A stretch of 64,000 nucleotides of DNA from the human T2T-CHM13v2.0 reference genome, Homo sapiens, in NCBI RefSeq assembly GCF_009914755.1, contig NC_060930.1; one strand, given 5' to 3'. The notes beneath the pieces are model-generated. The model was given only the letters and a program-made list of their open reading frames with translations. It was not told the origin of the DNA and did not search any database. Both the position numbers and the translations under genes were made by a program. Each line of letters opens with the position of its first letter. The first letter of the stretch is position 1. Positions 1 through 12,330 of this stretch are shown here, in pieces.

Positions 1-439
1 GTTAGTGTTAATGAGGGCTGACAGGTTTGTGCACCAGCTTCAAGGCTGCATTCAAATAGAGACAGCAAGTAATGCCAGGATGAGTTTACACATAGAACAC
101 AAGCTGGGACTTCTTGGTTTCCAGGCTTATGAGGCAAAAAGGAAAGTAAGGAATTCTGAGTGCTGAGCTTTGTTGCTTCTAGGAAACAAAGAAACAAACA
201 AAGGAACTATGTTTTCTCCCATTTTTGGCTTTTTTGCTCCTTTTCTTTAGCAAATTCCATTTCACCACCTGGTACCTTTGGGCTGCTCTGTCCTGCCTCC
301 TATTAAAAGCAATGCAACCAATCAGGACAGACTGGAATAACATGTTTCAAAGTGACAGAGACCTTCACAGGGGTATGTTTTTATTATTAGCAATAGCTTC
401 TTATAATCAAATACTGTATAATGGAATTATTTACTTTAT

Positions 440-670
440 TTAATAAACATTTATATAGCATTTATTATAGACCAGGCATTATCTCAAGTACTTTAAAATA
501 TTACACAGCAGCCACCCTCTGAGATAAATGGAAACATTCTTCCCATTTATAGGTGAGGAAATTGAGGCACCTAGGGGTTAAGTAATTTGCTCAAGGTCAC
601 AAAGTTCATAAATCACAGTGCTGGGTTATAAACCTGTACGTTGTAGCTCCAGAATCTATGCTATTGGCTG
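440..670 (-). mobile_element. MIR SINE
   Basis: MIR core-like 'cccatttataggtgaggaaattgaggcac...ggttaagtaatttgctcaaggtcaca'; boundaries approximate. Confidence 0.75.
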
Positions 671-689
671 CTGTGTCATACCTTTTTGA

Positions 690-975
690 TTTTTTTTTTT
701 TTTTTTTGAGACAGGGTCTTGCTCCGTCACCCAGGCTGGAGTGCAGCTCACTGTAGCCTCAATCTCCTGATCACATGCAATCCTCCTGCCTCAGACTCCC
801 AAGTAGCTGGGACTACAGGCATACATCACTATGCCTGGCTAATTTTTGTATTTTCTGTAGGGACAGGGTCTCATTATGCTGCCAAGGCTGGCCTCAAACT
901 ACTGTGCTCAAGCTATCTGCCTATGTTGGCCTCCCACAGTGCTGGGATTACAGGTGTGAGCCACCATGCTTGGCC
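690..975 (-). mobile_element. Alu (AluJ-like), antisense, small internal deletion
   Basis: poly-T, 'gagacagggtcttgctc...cccaggctggagtgcag', ends 'gagccaccatgcttggcc'; flanks share 'tttttgattt'. Confidence 0.92.
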
Positions 976-2787
976 TCTTTTTGATTTCTAATGAGGGTAT
1001 TGTACATTTCTTATTCGTCTCTTGTTAGCTAATCTATCTCTGATTAGCAGCAAATGACTAATTATTTAGCTTAACTGAGACAGGAAAGCTTTTCAATTCC
1101 TTTACTTCTGAAGGTATCCCTGTCTCCACCACTCACTCTGTTCTCTTAAGATGGAGGACTCCCTTCTTCCTGTCTCCTTTAATCATAATCTTTCCATCAA
1201 TTGCACTCCGCATGTCCTTGGTCTTTTTTCCTCTAATTCCTGTCCTCTGCTTGAACCTTCCTAGGCTGCTGTCATATCCATCACTAGGACTGAACTCTTA
1301 TATGAGTGCAAAGGCAAGGAGGGAAAGCTGAAAGCAAAATCTGTTGAGACCCCACAAACACTCCTTTCTGGACCTTGTTAATAGCAAGTAACAGGAAGGA
1401 GAGGGAGGCATACTACCACACCCTGTAGTGTTGGTGGCAGGTTCCTGGCAGGGTACCTAGAAGAGAATTACAGTGCCTGACAGGGCTGTGAGAGTGGATT
1501 TATTTGGGAACATCTGTGATCTACAATTGTGGGACTCTCTGCATGCTGGGGGTGGGAGATCTGTGGGTACTGAAGATGTTCAAGAAGCTGCATTACTACA
1601 ATACGAGATTTCATTTGTTTCCATGGTCTGGTGAGGTCTCATAAAAATCAGGTAATGTCATATTATTCCATAGTTGTTGGTTTTGTGTCTGTTTTTCTCT
1701 CTGGCCTTCTGTTCCTCAGGTTCCTCCCTGGTAGCCTCAGCTGTAAGTACAGTACCTGATGCATAATGCACACAATGCACATATGCTGACCTGAAGCCAG
1801 TGTACTTGGGTGATGTGGGACCAAACAGGCCAGTGGAACTGTTTCTTAGACAAACCATTTTTCTTTACCTGCTGTCTGCTCTACCCACAGCCCAGTGACA
1901 ATTCTATCTGCTCTCCCTGTGTGAAAGGTTCATCCTTTAGCACATCTGCTCATTAATATGAAGTGGTGAGAACAGTCAATATGCTCGTAATGATAGACCC
2001 AACTCTCAACCTAACTAGCTGTCTATGTTCGGGCAATTTACTTAAACCTCTGGGCAATTTACTTAAACCTCTCTGAGTTTCCTGATACATAAAGGAACTT
2101 ATACATTTTCATTGACCTTCTAAACCCTTATATTCTCTCATATTGCCCAATGTTCGATTATTTTGTATAAGAAATAATATGTTGGGAAATCAGAGATCCA
2201 TGCAGTAGCATTTCTACCTCCATTTTATTTATAACCATGTCTTATGTGTAAACCTTGGTGCCAAGTTTATTCCTACTTAGTCCTGAGAAAAGACGTGGAA
2301 TACACACTTATACACACACACACATACACATATATATACGTATATGTATATATAAATATGTAAATTAAAGCTGAATTCAGGAGTCAAGATATATTTGAAA
2401 AATATGCTACCATGGGATATTTCATTTGAAAACGTAAATTAACACAGTTTCCTTTGGAAAGTAGATAAAGAAATAGTTGTGACCTAGATATAGTATAAAC
2501 CTCAGATTGGATTCATAATAGCATACCTCAGGAAAGTGATCTCTTTTATATATTCAGGGGTTTTTTGTTGTTGTTGTTGTTTGGATGTTTCTTCTTGCTT
2601 TCTCATCAAATCTAAACTCTTTAAATATCTGCATTAAGAATATGTTTTGACTTGCACATTGAGTAAGAATAAACTAATACTCATAGGTTTTGCAATTATA
2701 CAGCCGAATAGCAAAAAATTTTTTGTGGTGTCTCAATTGAAATTTGATTTTGGTAACATTTTTGGTTTTCATATGCTGATGTCTAGC

Positions 2788-3590
<803 letters not shown>

Positions 3591-3604
3591 AAGGGCAAGA
3601 TATT

Positions 3605-3908
3605 TTCTTTCTTTCCTTTTTATTTTTTTAAACGGAGTCTCGCTCTGTCTCCCAGGCTGGAGTTGAGTGGCGTGATCTCAGCTTGCTACAACCCCTGTCT
3701 CCTGGATTCAAGTGATTCTCCTGCCTTAGCCTCTCGAGTAGCTGGGACTACAGGCACAGGCCACCACGCCCAGCTAATTTTTGCATTTTTAGTGGAGACG
3801 GGGTTTCACCATATTGGCCAGGCTGGTCTCGAACTCCTGACCTTGTGATCTGCCCGCCTCGGCCTCTCAAAGTGCTGGGATTACAGGCATGAGCCACCAC
3901 GCTCAGCC
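3605..3908 (-). mobile_element. AluS (Sg/Sc-like), antisense
   Basis: Dimeric Alu with the short form 'ctcctgaccttgtgatctgcccgcc'. Confidence 0.92.
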
Positions 3909-4012
3909 TCGTTCTTTCTTTTTTAAATGAAGTAATGTTAAAAATAAGAAGCAAAGGTTTGAATACTAACAGTGTTCAATAGTTGAATTTGGAGATGAAT
4001 GAGATTAGAATG

Positions 4013-4092
4013 TGTATATATAAGTATATATATATATATGTATATATAAGTATATATATATATATATACTTACATATATAAGTGTATATAAG
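4013..4092. repeat. (TA)n-rich microsatellite
   Basis: tatata runs interrupted by 'aagt'. Confidence 0.9.
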
Positions 4093-4309
4093 TGGACACT
4101 CTATTAAGATATACAGATAATCTGAATGCTTTGGGTTTAACAAATACCTCAGCTGTGCAGAGGCTATGAAATAGATCAGAAAGCAATAGTGTATCTCCTC
4201 TTAACATTTTCGCAGAGTAATCAGTGACAAGAAACACTGATAAAATCAACATAACTCTATTACAAACATCTAAACTCTAGTATCTACATTTATTGCTATT
4301 CAAATAGAG

Positions 4310-4555
4310 TAATAACAGTTAGGTAGAAGGAATGAATTCTTGTTTGATAGCAGAGTAGGGTGACTATAGTTAACAACAATGAATTGCATTTTTCAAAATA
4401 GCTAGACTAGAGGAACTGAAATGCAGCCAACACACAGAAATGACAAATACTATGGTGGTGAATACCCTAAGTATCCTGACTTGATTTTTACACATACAAT
4501 GCATGTACAAAATTTTACATGTACCTATAAATATGTATAAATGTAATATATCATA
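4310..4555 (+). mobile_element. L1 (L1MA-like) 3' end
   Basis: 'agtagggtgactatagttaacaacaat...ttcaaaatagcta...ccctaagtatcctgacttgatt...catgtacctataaatatgta'. Confidence 0.85.
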
Positions 4556-5504
4556 AAACCTTTTCCTTTAAAAATGTTGATGAAATGTTTTCATCCAAAT
4601 TACATAAACATACACATTTGTTTACTTAACTAAAAAAACACCAAACCAAGTCACGAAAACATTGTAACAGACTTCTGTAAAGTATAAGGTAGATTATGTT
4701 CACTATTATTCCTGATACCAAGGGCTTCATGGGGTGCAAATAGATGTGGTAGTAACAGGAAAAGAAATGGTAAAAATTATCCAACAATTTCCATTCCTTT
4801 CACATGTGATATTTTAGACTCTAAAACATCCCCACTTGATTATTTTGGGTGATTTTTGGGGATGGATTATATTTACTACTTATGATAAAAAGAAATATTG
4901 ATATTCCAGAGTTTTACCAACTGTATTTTATTGATAGACAGTCAATGCAGCAAACTTTTCCATGGTGGGTTATGTTAACTTTGAATCATCTGATATGCTA
5001 GATAATGTCCTAATCTTGGGGAGAATATTATAAATGTTAAAATAATGTATTATTAATACCAAAGAAAGATCTCAATAGTGGTGCCATAGACAGATGGAGA
5101 AACCCTATTTTTGTATTAAAGGATTTCCTGGGAATCCAAGAATTATGATGACTACAGAAGATCCTCTACATTATATTGTGAAAATATTAGGGGAAGAACC
5201 AAGAAATGTCCACAAATGAGGAAACCTTATCATTATTACTATAGTCTTCCTAAAAATCTTTTCTACCCAAAAGCATTTTCTTAATTGAGAAATGGTTCTC
5301 ACTTTGTCTATTTCTCATCCAAAGACTAAAATTCCTTGCAGTGATAGTTTTCAAGGGAAAAAAAAAAAGCCTTTTCTTTATTGCTTAGTAGCTTTGCTGC
5401 TGTTTTTGCAAAAGCCATTCTTTTTCTTTCCATCACAATTACCCTTTATTGAGCATTTTCTTAAGCCAGGTACTGGATTCAACGCCACACATGATCTATC
5501 TCAA

Positions 5505-5720
5505 GGCAGTAGTGCTAGACTGGGGGGAGTTTGCTTCCTGGGGTACATTTGACAATGCCTAGATACATGTTTCTTTATCACAACAGGGAATGAGGATGCT
5601 ACTGACATCTAGTAGGCAGAGGTCAGGGATGCTGGCAAACTTCCTACAATGCACAGGACTGCCTGGAATAATAAAGAAGGATACAGCCCTAAATTGTCAA
5701 CAATGCACATCTTGAGAAAA
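5505..5720 (+). mobile_element. MER20 (hAT-Charlie) DNA transposon
   Basis: 'atgctactgacatctagtaggcagaggtcagggatgctggcaaacttcctacaatgcacaggac'. Confidence 0.8.
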
Positions 5721-5849
5721 ATGTTCCAAAGTAAAAGCTGAGTGATTGTTCATCAGCTAAATAAATGGTAAGTCTTGTTATAAGTAGGAGGAACAATGGG
5801 ACATGGTTTTTCTACAATGGATGAATTGAAAAGATTATCATATGTTGTA

Positions 5850-6420
5850 ACATTTTTCTATTTGTAGGGAATACATTCACTACATTCACATGGTCCAAGA
5901 TTCAAAAGATACTCAAGAAGTTGTAGTCCAAGTCTCCCTCCCACCCCATCCCTGTTTCACCCAAGTTCCCTCCCTGGAGGAAACTGTTAGTAATCTCTTA
6001 TTTAGTTACCTAAAAGTTCTCTAGGCCTCTGTAAGAAATTATATACATGCACAGAAACATACTATACATATTCTTTGCATTGTGCTTTTGTTACAATTCA
6101 TTTTGGAGATTGTTTTCTATCATGATACAAAGCGTTTCCCCATTATTTCTTTTTAAGATAGCAAAGTATTTCATTGTAGGTTGTATGCAAGTTTTCTATT
6201 TTATGTAACCATTCCCCTCTCTATGGATATTTAGATTATTTCCTTTTTTTCTGTTACAGACACTGATCAATGAATATCTTTATCTGTGAGTTTAAGTCCT
6301 ACAAACAGAATTGCCAAATAAGCACATTTGTGCTTGTAATTTTTATCAGATGTTGTCCAAATTACCCTCCATTCTCCATTAAATTGAATATGTTTCCATT
6401 CACACTGGCAATACATATAT
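5850..6420 (-). mobile_element. Old L1M(E-like) fragment, antisense
   Basis: 'ctatggatatttagattatttcc...gaattgcc...ttccattcacactggcaat'; strongly degenerate. Confidence 0.6.
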
Positions 6421-6569
6421 AAAGGAGTTTGGATAACTTTATAATTTTAAAAGTTTTTCTCATTCTTTTCATCAAAACCTGAGAATAAATAAGAGGTGGA
6501 CACACAATATAATATTTTCTGTCTAAAATGTTCTCAGCACTCAGGTATCCAGAATCTATTCATGGGAGA

Positions 6570-7808
6570 TATTTTTTTTCTAATCTGTTTTTAGTGCGCT
6601 AAAATATATAACATAAACTTTACCATTTTCACAATTATTGTGTACAATTCATTGGCATTAAGTACTTTTATAATGTTATGCAAATATCATTATTGGCTAT
6701 TTCTAAATTATTTCATCACAACAAAAAGAAACTAATCTGTGAAAGCTGAAAGAATTTGGTCATTCTTGTCATACCCAGCTAAAACAGAGTTCAGAGCCAG
6801 AAAGAAAAAAGCACCCAGGGCACATAACATTTCTTCAAGAATGTTATTCTCTGCAAGCGTGGCTGCTGAAACTGCCTGCTCCAACCTGAAACCAGTTTTA
6901 TTCAATATCTACTGAAACAGGCTGCTGTGACTCTAAGAATAGTTTTACCCACACCCATCACTTATTTAGAGCTTACCAGCTCCCCAAAACTAGTGCCAAT
7001 GAATTTTCCTGAAGAACAATACATAACATTTCTTCTTTTTATAAAACCGCCAACCTTCTCTTTGTTCTTTAGACATAGCAAAGACCACCCTGTCTGTGTG
7101 TATGCCCTGAAATGAAATTCTTGCTTCTCAAATAAAACGTTTTATATTTAGAGATTTGTCTTTAATTTTTTACTCGACTTCAACAAACCATTATGCAATA
7201 ATTCCCCATTCTGCCCTTCTCTAGCCACTGGTAACCTTTGATTAATTTCTGTCTCTATGAATTTGCCCATTCCATATAGTATATTTCACATAAGTGGAAT
7301 CATATAATACTTGTCTTTTTGTGTCTGGATTATTGCACTTAGCATAAAGTTTTCAAGATTAATTCATGCTGTAGCAAGTATCAGAACTTCATTTCTTCTT
7401 AGGTCTGAATAGCATTTCATTGTATGCATATAGCTTATTTTAAAATCTATTTCTCTGTTGATCGATACTTCTCCATTTGGGTTGTGAACAATTCTGCTAT
7501 GAACATTGACATATAAGTATCTGTTTGAATCCCTGTTTTCAATTCTTTTGCATATGCATCTGGGGTGGAATTGTGGGGGTCATATAGTAAATACGTGTTT
7601 AACTTTTAGAGCAACCATTAAACTGTTTCTACCATTTGTAGTGTACCATTTTACGCTGTACATGGTAAAATGTACACTTATATTTTACACTTTACATTGT
7701 ACGGTGTAAAATGGCATGGTCTCGATTTTTCCACAGCTTCACCAACACTTGTTATTTTTCTTTTTTTAAATAAAAATTATGGCCATTGTAGTAGATGTGA
7801 AGTGGTAT
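6570..7808 (-). mobile_element. L1M 3' region, antisense; host of nested LTR elements, continuing at 16532-16609 and about 17341-17420
   Basis: 'agtggaatcatataatacttgtctttttgtgtctggattattgcacttagcat'; rejoining across the ERV gives 'gtgaagtggtat|cttacatggttttgatttgcttttccctaatg', typical antisense L1. Confidence 0.85.
6738..7185 (+). mobile_element. Solo LTR (LTR47-like)
   Basis: TG...CA termini, AATAAA near 7131; matches my recollection of LTR47 ('ggtcattcttgtcataccca', 'ggctgctgaaactgcctgct'); family not verified. Confidence 0.7.
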
Positions 7809-8400
7809 TGAGAGGCAACAGTGTGCGCCCTCACTAGCTCTCGGCACCTCCTTTGCCTGGGCTCCCACTTTGGCGGCACTTGGGGAGGCCTTCAGCCTGC
7901 CGCTGCACTGTGGGAGCCCCTTTCTGGGCAGGCCAAGGCCAGAGCCGGCTCCCTCAGCTTGCGAGGAGGTGTGGAGGGACAGGCGCGGGTGGGAACTGGG
8001 GCTGTGCCGCGGTGTTTGCGGGCCAGCGCGAGTTCCAGGTGGGCGTGGGCTCAGTGGGCCCCGCACTCGTAGTGGCCGGCCGGCCCCGCCAGCCCAGGGC
8101 ACCGAGGGGCTTAGCACCTGGGCCAGCAGCTGCTGTGCTCAATTTCTCACCGGGCCTTGGCTGCCTTCCCGCGGGGCAGGGCTCAGGACATGCAGCTCGC
8201 CATGCCTGAGCCTCCCCCTCTCTCTGTGGGCTCCTGTGCTGCCCGAGCCTCCCCGATGAGTGCCACCCCCTGCTCCACAGCGCCCAGTCCCATCGACCAC
8301 CCAAGGGCTGAGGAGTGCAGGCGCAGGGCGCAGGACTGGCAGGCAGCTCCACCTGCAGCCCTGGTGCGGGATCCACTGGGTGAAGCCAGCGGGGCTCCTG

Positions 8401-8710
8401 AGTCTGGTGGGGACTTGCAGAACCTTTATGTCTAGCTAAGGGATTGTAAATGCACCAATCAGCACCCTGTGTCTAGCTCAGGGTTTGTGAATGCACCAAT
8501 TGACACTATGTATCTAGCTACTCTGGTGGGGACTTGGAGAACATTTGTGTGGTGACACTCTGTATCTAGCTAATCTGGTGGGGACTTGGAGAACATCTGT
8601 GTCTAGCTCAGGGATTGTAAACGCACCAATCAGCACCCTGTCAAAACAGACCACTCGGCTCTACCAATCAGCAGGATGTGGGTGGGGCCAGATAAGGGAA
8701 TAAAAGCAGG
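8401..8710 (+). promoter_or_regulatory. LTR12 U3 enhancer repeats and promoter (NF-Y CCAAT boxes, GATA motif, TATA-like AATAAA)
   Basis: Repeated 'tctagct...gcaccaat' and 'tctggtggggacttg' units; CCAAT 8664-8668, agataag 8690-8696, aataaa 8699-8704; known ERV9 LTR layout. Confidence 0.85.
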
Positions 8711-8830
8711 CTTCCCGAGCAAGCAGTGGCAACCTGTTTGGGTCCCCTTCCACACTGTGGAAGCTTTGTTCTTTCACTCTTTGCAATGAATCTTGCTGCT
8801 CCTCACTCTTTGGGTCCACACTGCCTTTAT

Positions 8831-9130
8831 GAGCTGTAACACTCACTGTGAAGGTCTGCAGCTTCACCCCTGAAGCTAGCGAGACCACGAACTCACCGGG
8901 AGGAATGAACAACTCCAGACGTGCCACCTTAAGAGCTGTAACACTCACTGCAAAGGTCCGCAGCTTCACTCCTGCGCCAGCGAGATCACGAACCCACCAG
9001 AAGGAAGAAACTCCAAACACATCCGAACATCAGAAGGAACAAACTCCCGACGCGCCACCCTAAGAGTTGTAACACTCACCGTGAGGGTCTGCGGCTTCAT
9101 TCTTGAAGTCAGTGAGACCAAGAACCCACC
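8831..9130 (+). repeat. LTR12 U5 tandem repeats, 3 copies
   Basis: Three 'gtaacactcac...ggtc.gc.gcttca...gaga.ca.gaac' units. Confidence 0.85.
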
Positions 9131-9146
9131 AATTCTGGACACATTT

Positions 9147-9164
9147 TGGCGACCACGAAGGGAC
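9147..9164 (+). other. Primer-binding site complementary to tRNA-Arg
   Basis: tggcgaccacgaagggac just after the 5' LTR; complementary to the 3' end of tRNA-Arg(UCG) as recalled (...GUCCCUUCGUGGUCGCCA). Confidence 0.9.
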
Positions 9165-10274
9165 TTTCGCCTATCGCCCAGTGGTATGACAATCACCATG
9201 TGGTGAGACCATCGCCTATTGCCGAGCAGTGAGACAATTGCCTATCACCAAGCAGTGAGTACCATCAGACGCCTTTCACTTGCTATTCTGTCCTATCTTT
9301 CCTTAGAATTCGGGGGCTAAATAACCGGGCACCTGTCAGCCAGTTAAAAGCAACTAGTGCGGCTGCCGGACTAAAGACACGGGTGCCAGGCTTTCTGGGA
9401 AAGGGCTCTCTAACAACCCCCAACTCTTTGGAGTTGGGACCGTTGGTTTGCCTAGAACCAGCTTCCACTTTTCCTGTACTTCTGGGCTGAGCTGAGGATC
9501 GACAGAGAGGAAAGCTGTGCAGCTCCGAGGTCCCAACAACAAGTTGGTTGACCCTGCAGCCATGAGCGGAACTCTCAAATGCATGTCGCCCAAGCAAGAC
9601 TCACCCATCTATCCTATCTATCCTGACCCTTGCCCCTTGGGTCCTAATGCCTACCAGACAAACTTCCTCTCGCCTCTCTTCTCTGAGGTTAGTCCTCCTT
9701 CTAAAAATTGCTACCTGTCTCTGGTGCTTTTCTAGTTTCTCCTATGAGAATGATTTCTAGTATAAACTCCAGGACTCTGTTACCTTCTTTAGGCACCTGG
9801 GCTCACCAATCAGAAAGACATAATTTTTGCCCAAAGCTCCGTCATAGTGGGGACTACCTGGAATTTAGGATCCCTCCTCAGACTAACAGGCCCAACAAAA
9901 GCTGTTCCCGAAGCTAGGATATGGGGAGCCTCAGAAAGTGTATCCTTCCTATTCATATAAGTGAAGACAAAAGGTGTCACTCTTCCAACCCTGGAGATCC
10001 CTTCCCTCCCTCAGGGTATGGCCCTCCACTTCATTTTTGGGGCATAACATCTTTATAGGAAAGGGGTAAAGTCCCAGTACTAACAGGAGAATGCTTAGGA
10101 CTCTAACAGGTTTTCGAGAATGCATCAGTAAGGGCCAATAAATCCGATTTTTCTTGGTCAGTCCTCCTTGTGGTCTAGGGGACAGGCAAGGGTGCAGGTT
10201 TTTTAGAATGCCTCAGTAGGGACTACTAAATCCAACCTTCCTTGGTCCTCCATGTGGTCCGGGAGGAAAACTAG

Positions 10275-10512
10275 TGTTTCTGCTGCTGCGTCAGTGAGCG
10301 CAACTATTCTGATCAGTAGGGTCAGGGACCGTTGTGGGTTCTGGGGCAGGGGTTGTTTCTGCTGCTGCATCAGTGAGCACAACTATTCCGATCAGCAGGG
10401 TCCAGGGACTGTTATGGGTTCTTGGGCAGGGGTTGTTTCTGCTGCTGTGTTGGTGAGTGCAACTATTCCGATCAGCAGGGTCCAGGGTCCGTTGTGGGTT
10501 CTTGGGCAGGGG
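10275..10512 (+). repeat. Three ~80-bp tandem repeats in the ERV9 leader
   Basis: Units start at 10275, 10354 and 10434: 'tgtttctgctgctg..t..gtgag..caactatt..gatcag.agggtc'. Confidence 0.9.
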
Positions 10513-10557
10513 GAAGAAACAAAACAAACCAAAACCATGGGCGGTTTTGTCTTTCAG

Positions 10558-12015
10558 ATGGGAAACACTCAGGCATCAACAGGATCACCCTTGAAATGCA
10601 TCCTAAGCCATTGGGACCAATTTGACCTATAAACCCTGAAAAAGAGGCAGCTCATTTTGTTTCTGCACTATGACTTGGCCCCAATATTCTCTCTCTGATG
10701 GGAAAAATGGCCACCTGAGGGAAGCACAAATTACAATACTATCCTGCAGCTTGACCTTTTCTGTAAGTGGGAAGGCAAATGGAGTGAAATACCTTATGTC
10801 CAAGCTTTCTTTTCATTGAGGGAGAATACACAATATGCAAAGCTTGCAATTTACATTCCACAGGAGGACCTCTCAGCTTACCCCCATATCCTATCCTCCT
10901 ATAGCTCCCCTTCCTATTAATGATAATCCTCCTCTAATCTCCCCTGCCCAGAAGGAAATAAGCAAAGAAATCTCCAAAGTACCACAAAACCCCCTAGGCT
11001 ATCGGTTATGTCCCCTTCAAGCTGTAGAGGGAGGGGAATTTGGCCCAACCCGGGTACATGTCCCCTTCTCCCTCTCTGATTTAAAACAGATCAAGGCAGA
11101 CCTGGGGAAGTTTTCAGATGATCCTGATAGGTACATAGATGTCCTACAGGGTCTAGGGCAAACCTTTGACCTCACTTAGAGAGATGTCACGCTACCGTTA
11201 GATCAAACGCTGGCCTTTAATGAAAAGAATGCGGCTTTAGCTGCAGCCTGAGAGTTTGGAGACACCTGGTATCTTAGTCGAGTAAATGATAGAATGACAG
11301 CCGAAGAAAGGGACAAATTCCCTACCAGTCAGCAAGCCATCCCCAGTATGGATCCCCACTGGGACCTTGACTCAGATCATGGGGACTGGAGTCATAAACA
11401 TCTGTTGACCTGTGTTCTAGAAGGACTAAGGAGAATTAGAAAAAAGACCATGAATTATTCAATAATGTCCACCATAACTCAGGGAAAGGAAGAAAATCCT
11501 TCTGCCTTCCTCAAGTGGCTATGAGAGGCCTTAAGAAAATATACTCCCCTGTCACCTGAATCACTCCAAGGTCAATTGATTCTAAAGGATAAGTTTATTA
11601 CCCAATCAGCCACAGATATCAGGAGGAAACTCCAAAAGCAAGCCCTGGGCCCTGAACAAAATCTAGAGGCATTACTAAACCTGGCAACCTCGGTGTTCTA
11701 TAATAGGGACCAAGAGGAACAGGCCCGAAAGGAAAAGCAAGATCAGAGAAAGTCCGCAGCCTTAGTCATGGCCCTCAGACAAACAAACCTTGGTGGTTCA
11801 GAGAAGACAGAAAATGGAGCAGGCCAATCACCTGGTAGGGCTTGTTATCAGTGTGGTTTACTAGGACACTTTAAAAAAGATTGTCCAATGAGAAACAAGC
11901 TGCCCCCCATCTATGTCCACTGTGCCGAGGAAATCACTGGAAGGTGCACTGCCCCAGAGGACAAAGTTTCCCTGGGACAGAAGCCCCCAAACAGATGATC
12001 CAACAACAGGATTGA
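10558..12015 (+). pseudogene. gag: ERV9 gag, disrupted by several stops and frameshifts
   Basis: MGNTQASTGSPLKCIL start, capsid/MHR-like 'ITQGKEENPSAFL', zinc knuckle CYQCGLLGHFKKDC (11843-11884), second knuckle CPLCRGNHWKVHC in a shifted frame; TGA at 12013-12015. Confidence 0.92.
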
Positions 12016-12330
12016 GGGTGCCTGGGGCAAGCGCCAGCTCATGTCATCACCCTCACTGAGCCCCGGGTATGTTTAACTATTGAGGGCCAGGAAATTGACT
12101 TCCTCCTGGACACTGGCACAGCCTTCTCATTGTTAATCTCCTGTCCTGGACGACTGTCCTCAAGGTCCATTACCATCTGAGGAATCCTGGGACAGCCTGT
12201 AACCAGGTATTTCTCCCACCTTCTCAGTTGTAATTGGGAGACTTTGCTCTTTTCACATGCCTTTCTTGTTATGCCTGAAAGTCCCACACCCTTATTAGGG
12301 AGGGATATATTAGCCAAGGCTGGAGCTATT
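12016..12330 (+). pseudogene. pro: ERV9 aspartyl protease, in frame with pol, one premature stop
   Basis: FLLDTGT active site and LLGRDIL motif; in-frame TGA at 12178-12180. Confidence 0.88.

Larger units (their letters stand above)
7809..9143 (+). mobile_element. 5' LTR (LTR12 family)
   Basis: Starts tgagagg, ends ggacaca; GC-rich U3, CCAAT enhancer repeats, U5 repeats. Confidence 0.96.

Noticed and set aside
8401-9130. Regularly spaced repeats resembling a CRISPR-like array (also 10275-10512 and the 3' LTR copies)
   Set aside because: They are degenerate tandem units of LTR12 U3/U5 and the ERV9 leader, with no unique spacers and no cas genes, in primate DNA.
9147-9164. tRNA-like sequence
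   Set aside because: Only the 18-nt retroviral PBS; there is no cloverleaf, so it is not a tRNA gene.
7752-9199. Many overlapping 70-140 aa ORFs in the LTRs (also 15060-16408)
   Set aside because: GC-rich LTR12 sequence is stop-poor; there are no recognisable domains and the ORFs are not consistently preserved between the two LTRs.
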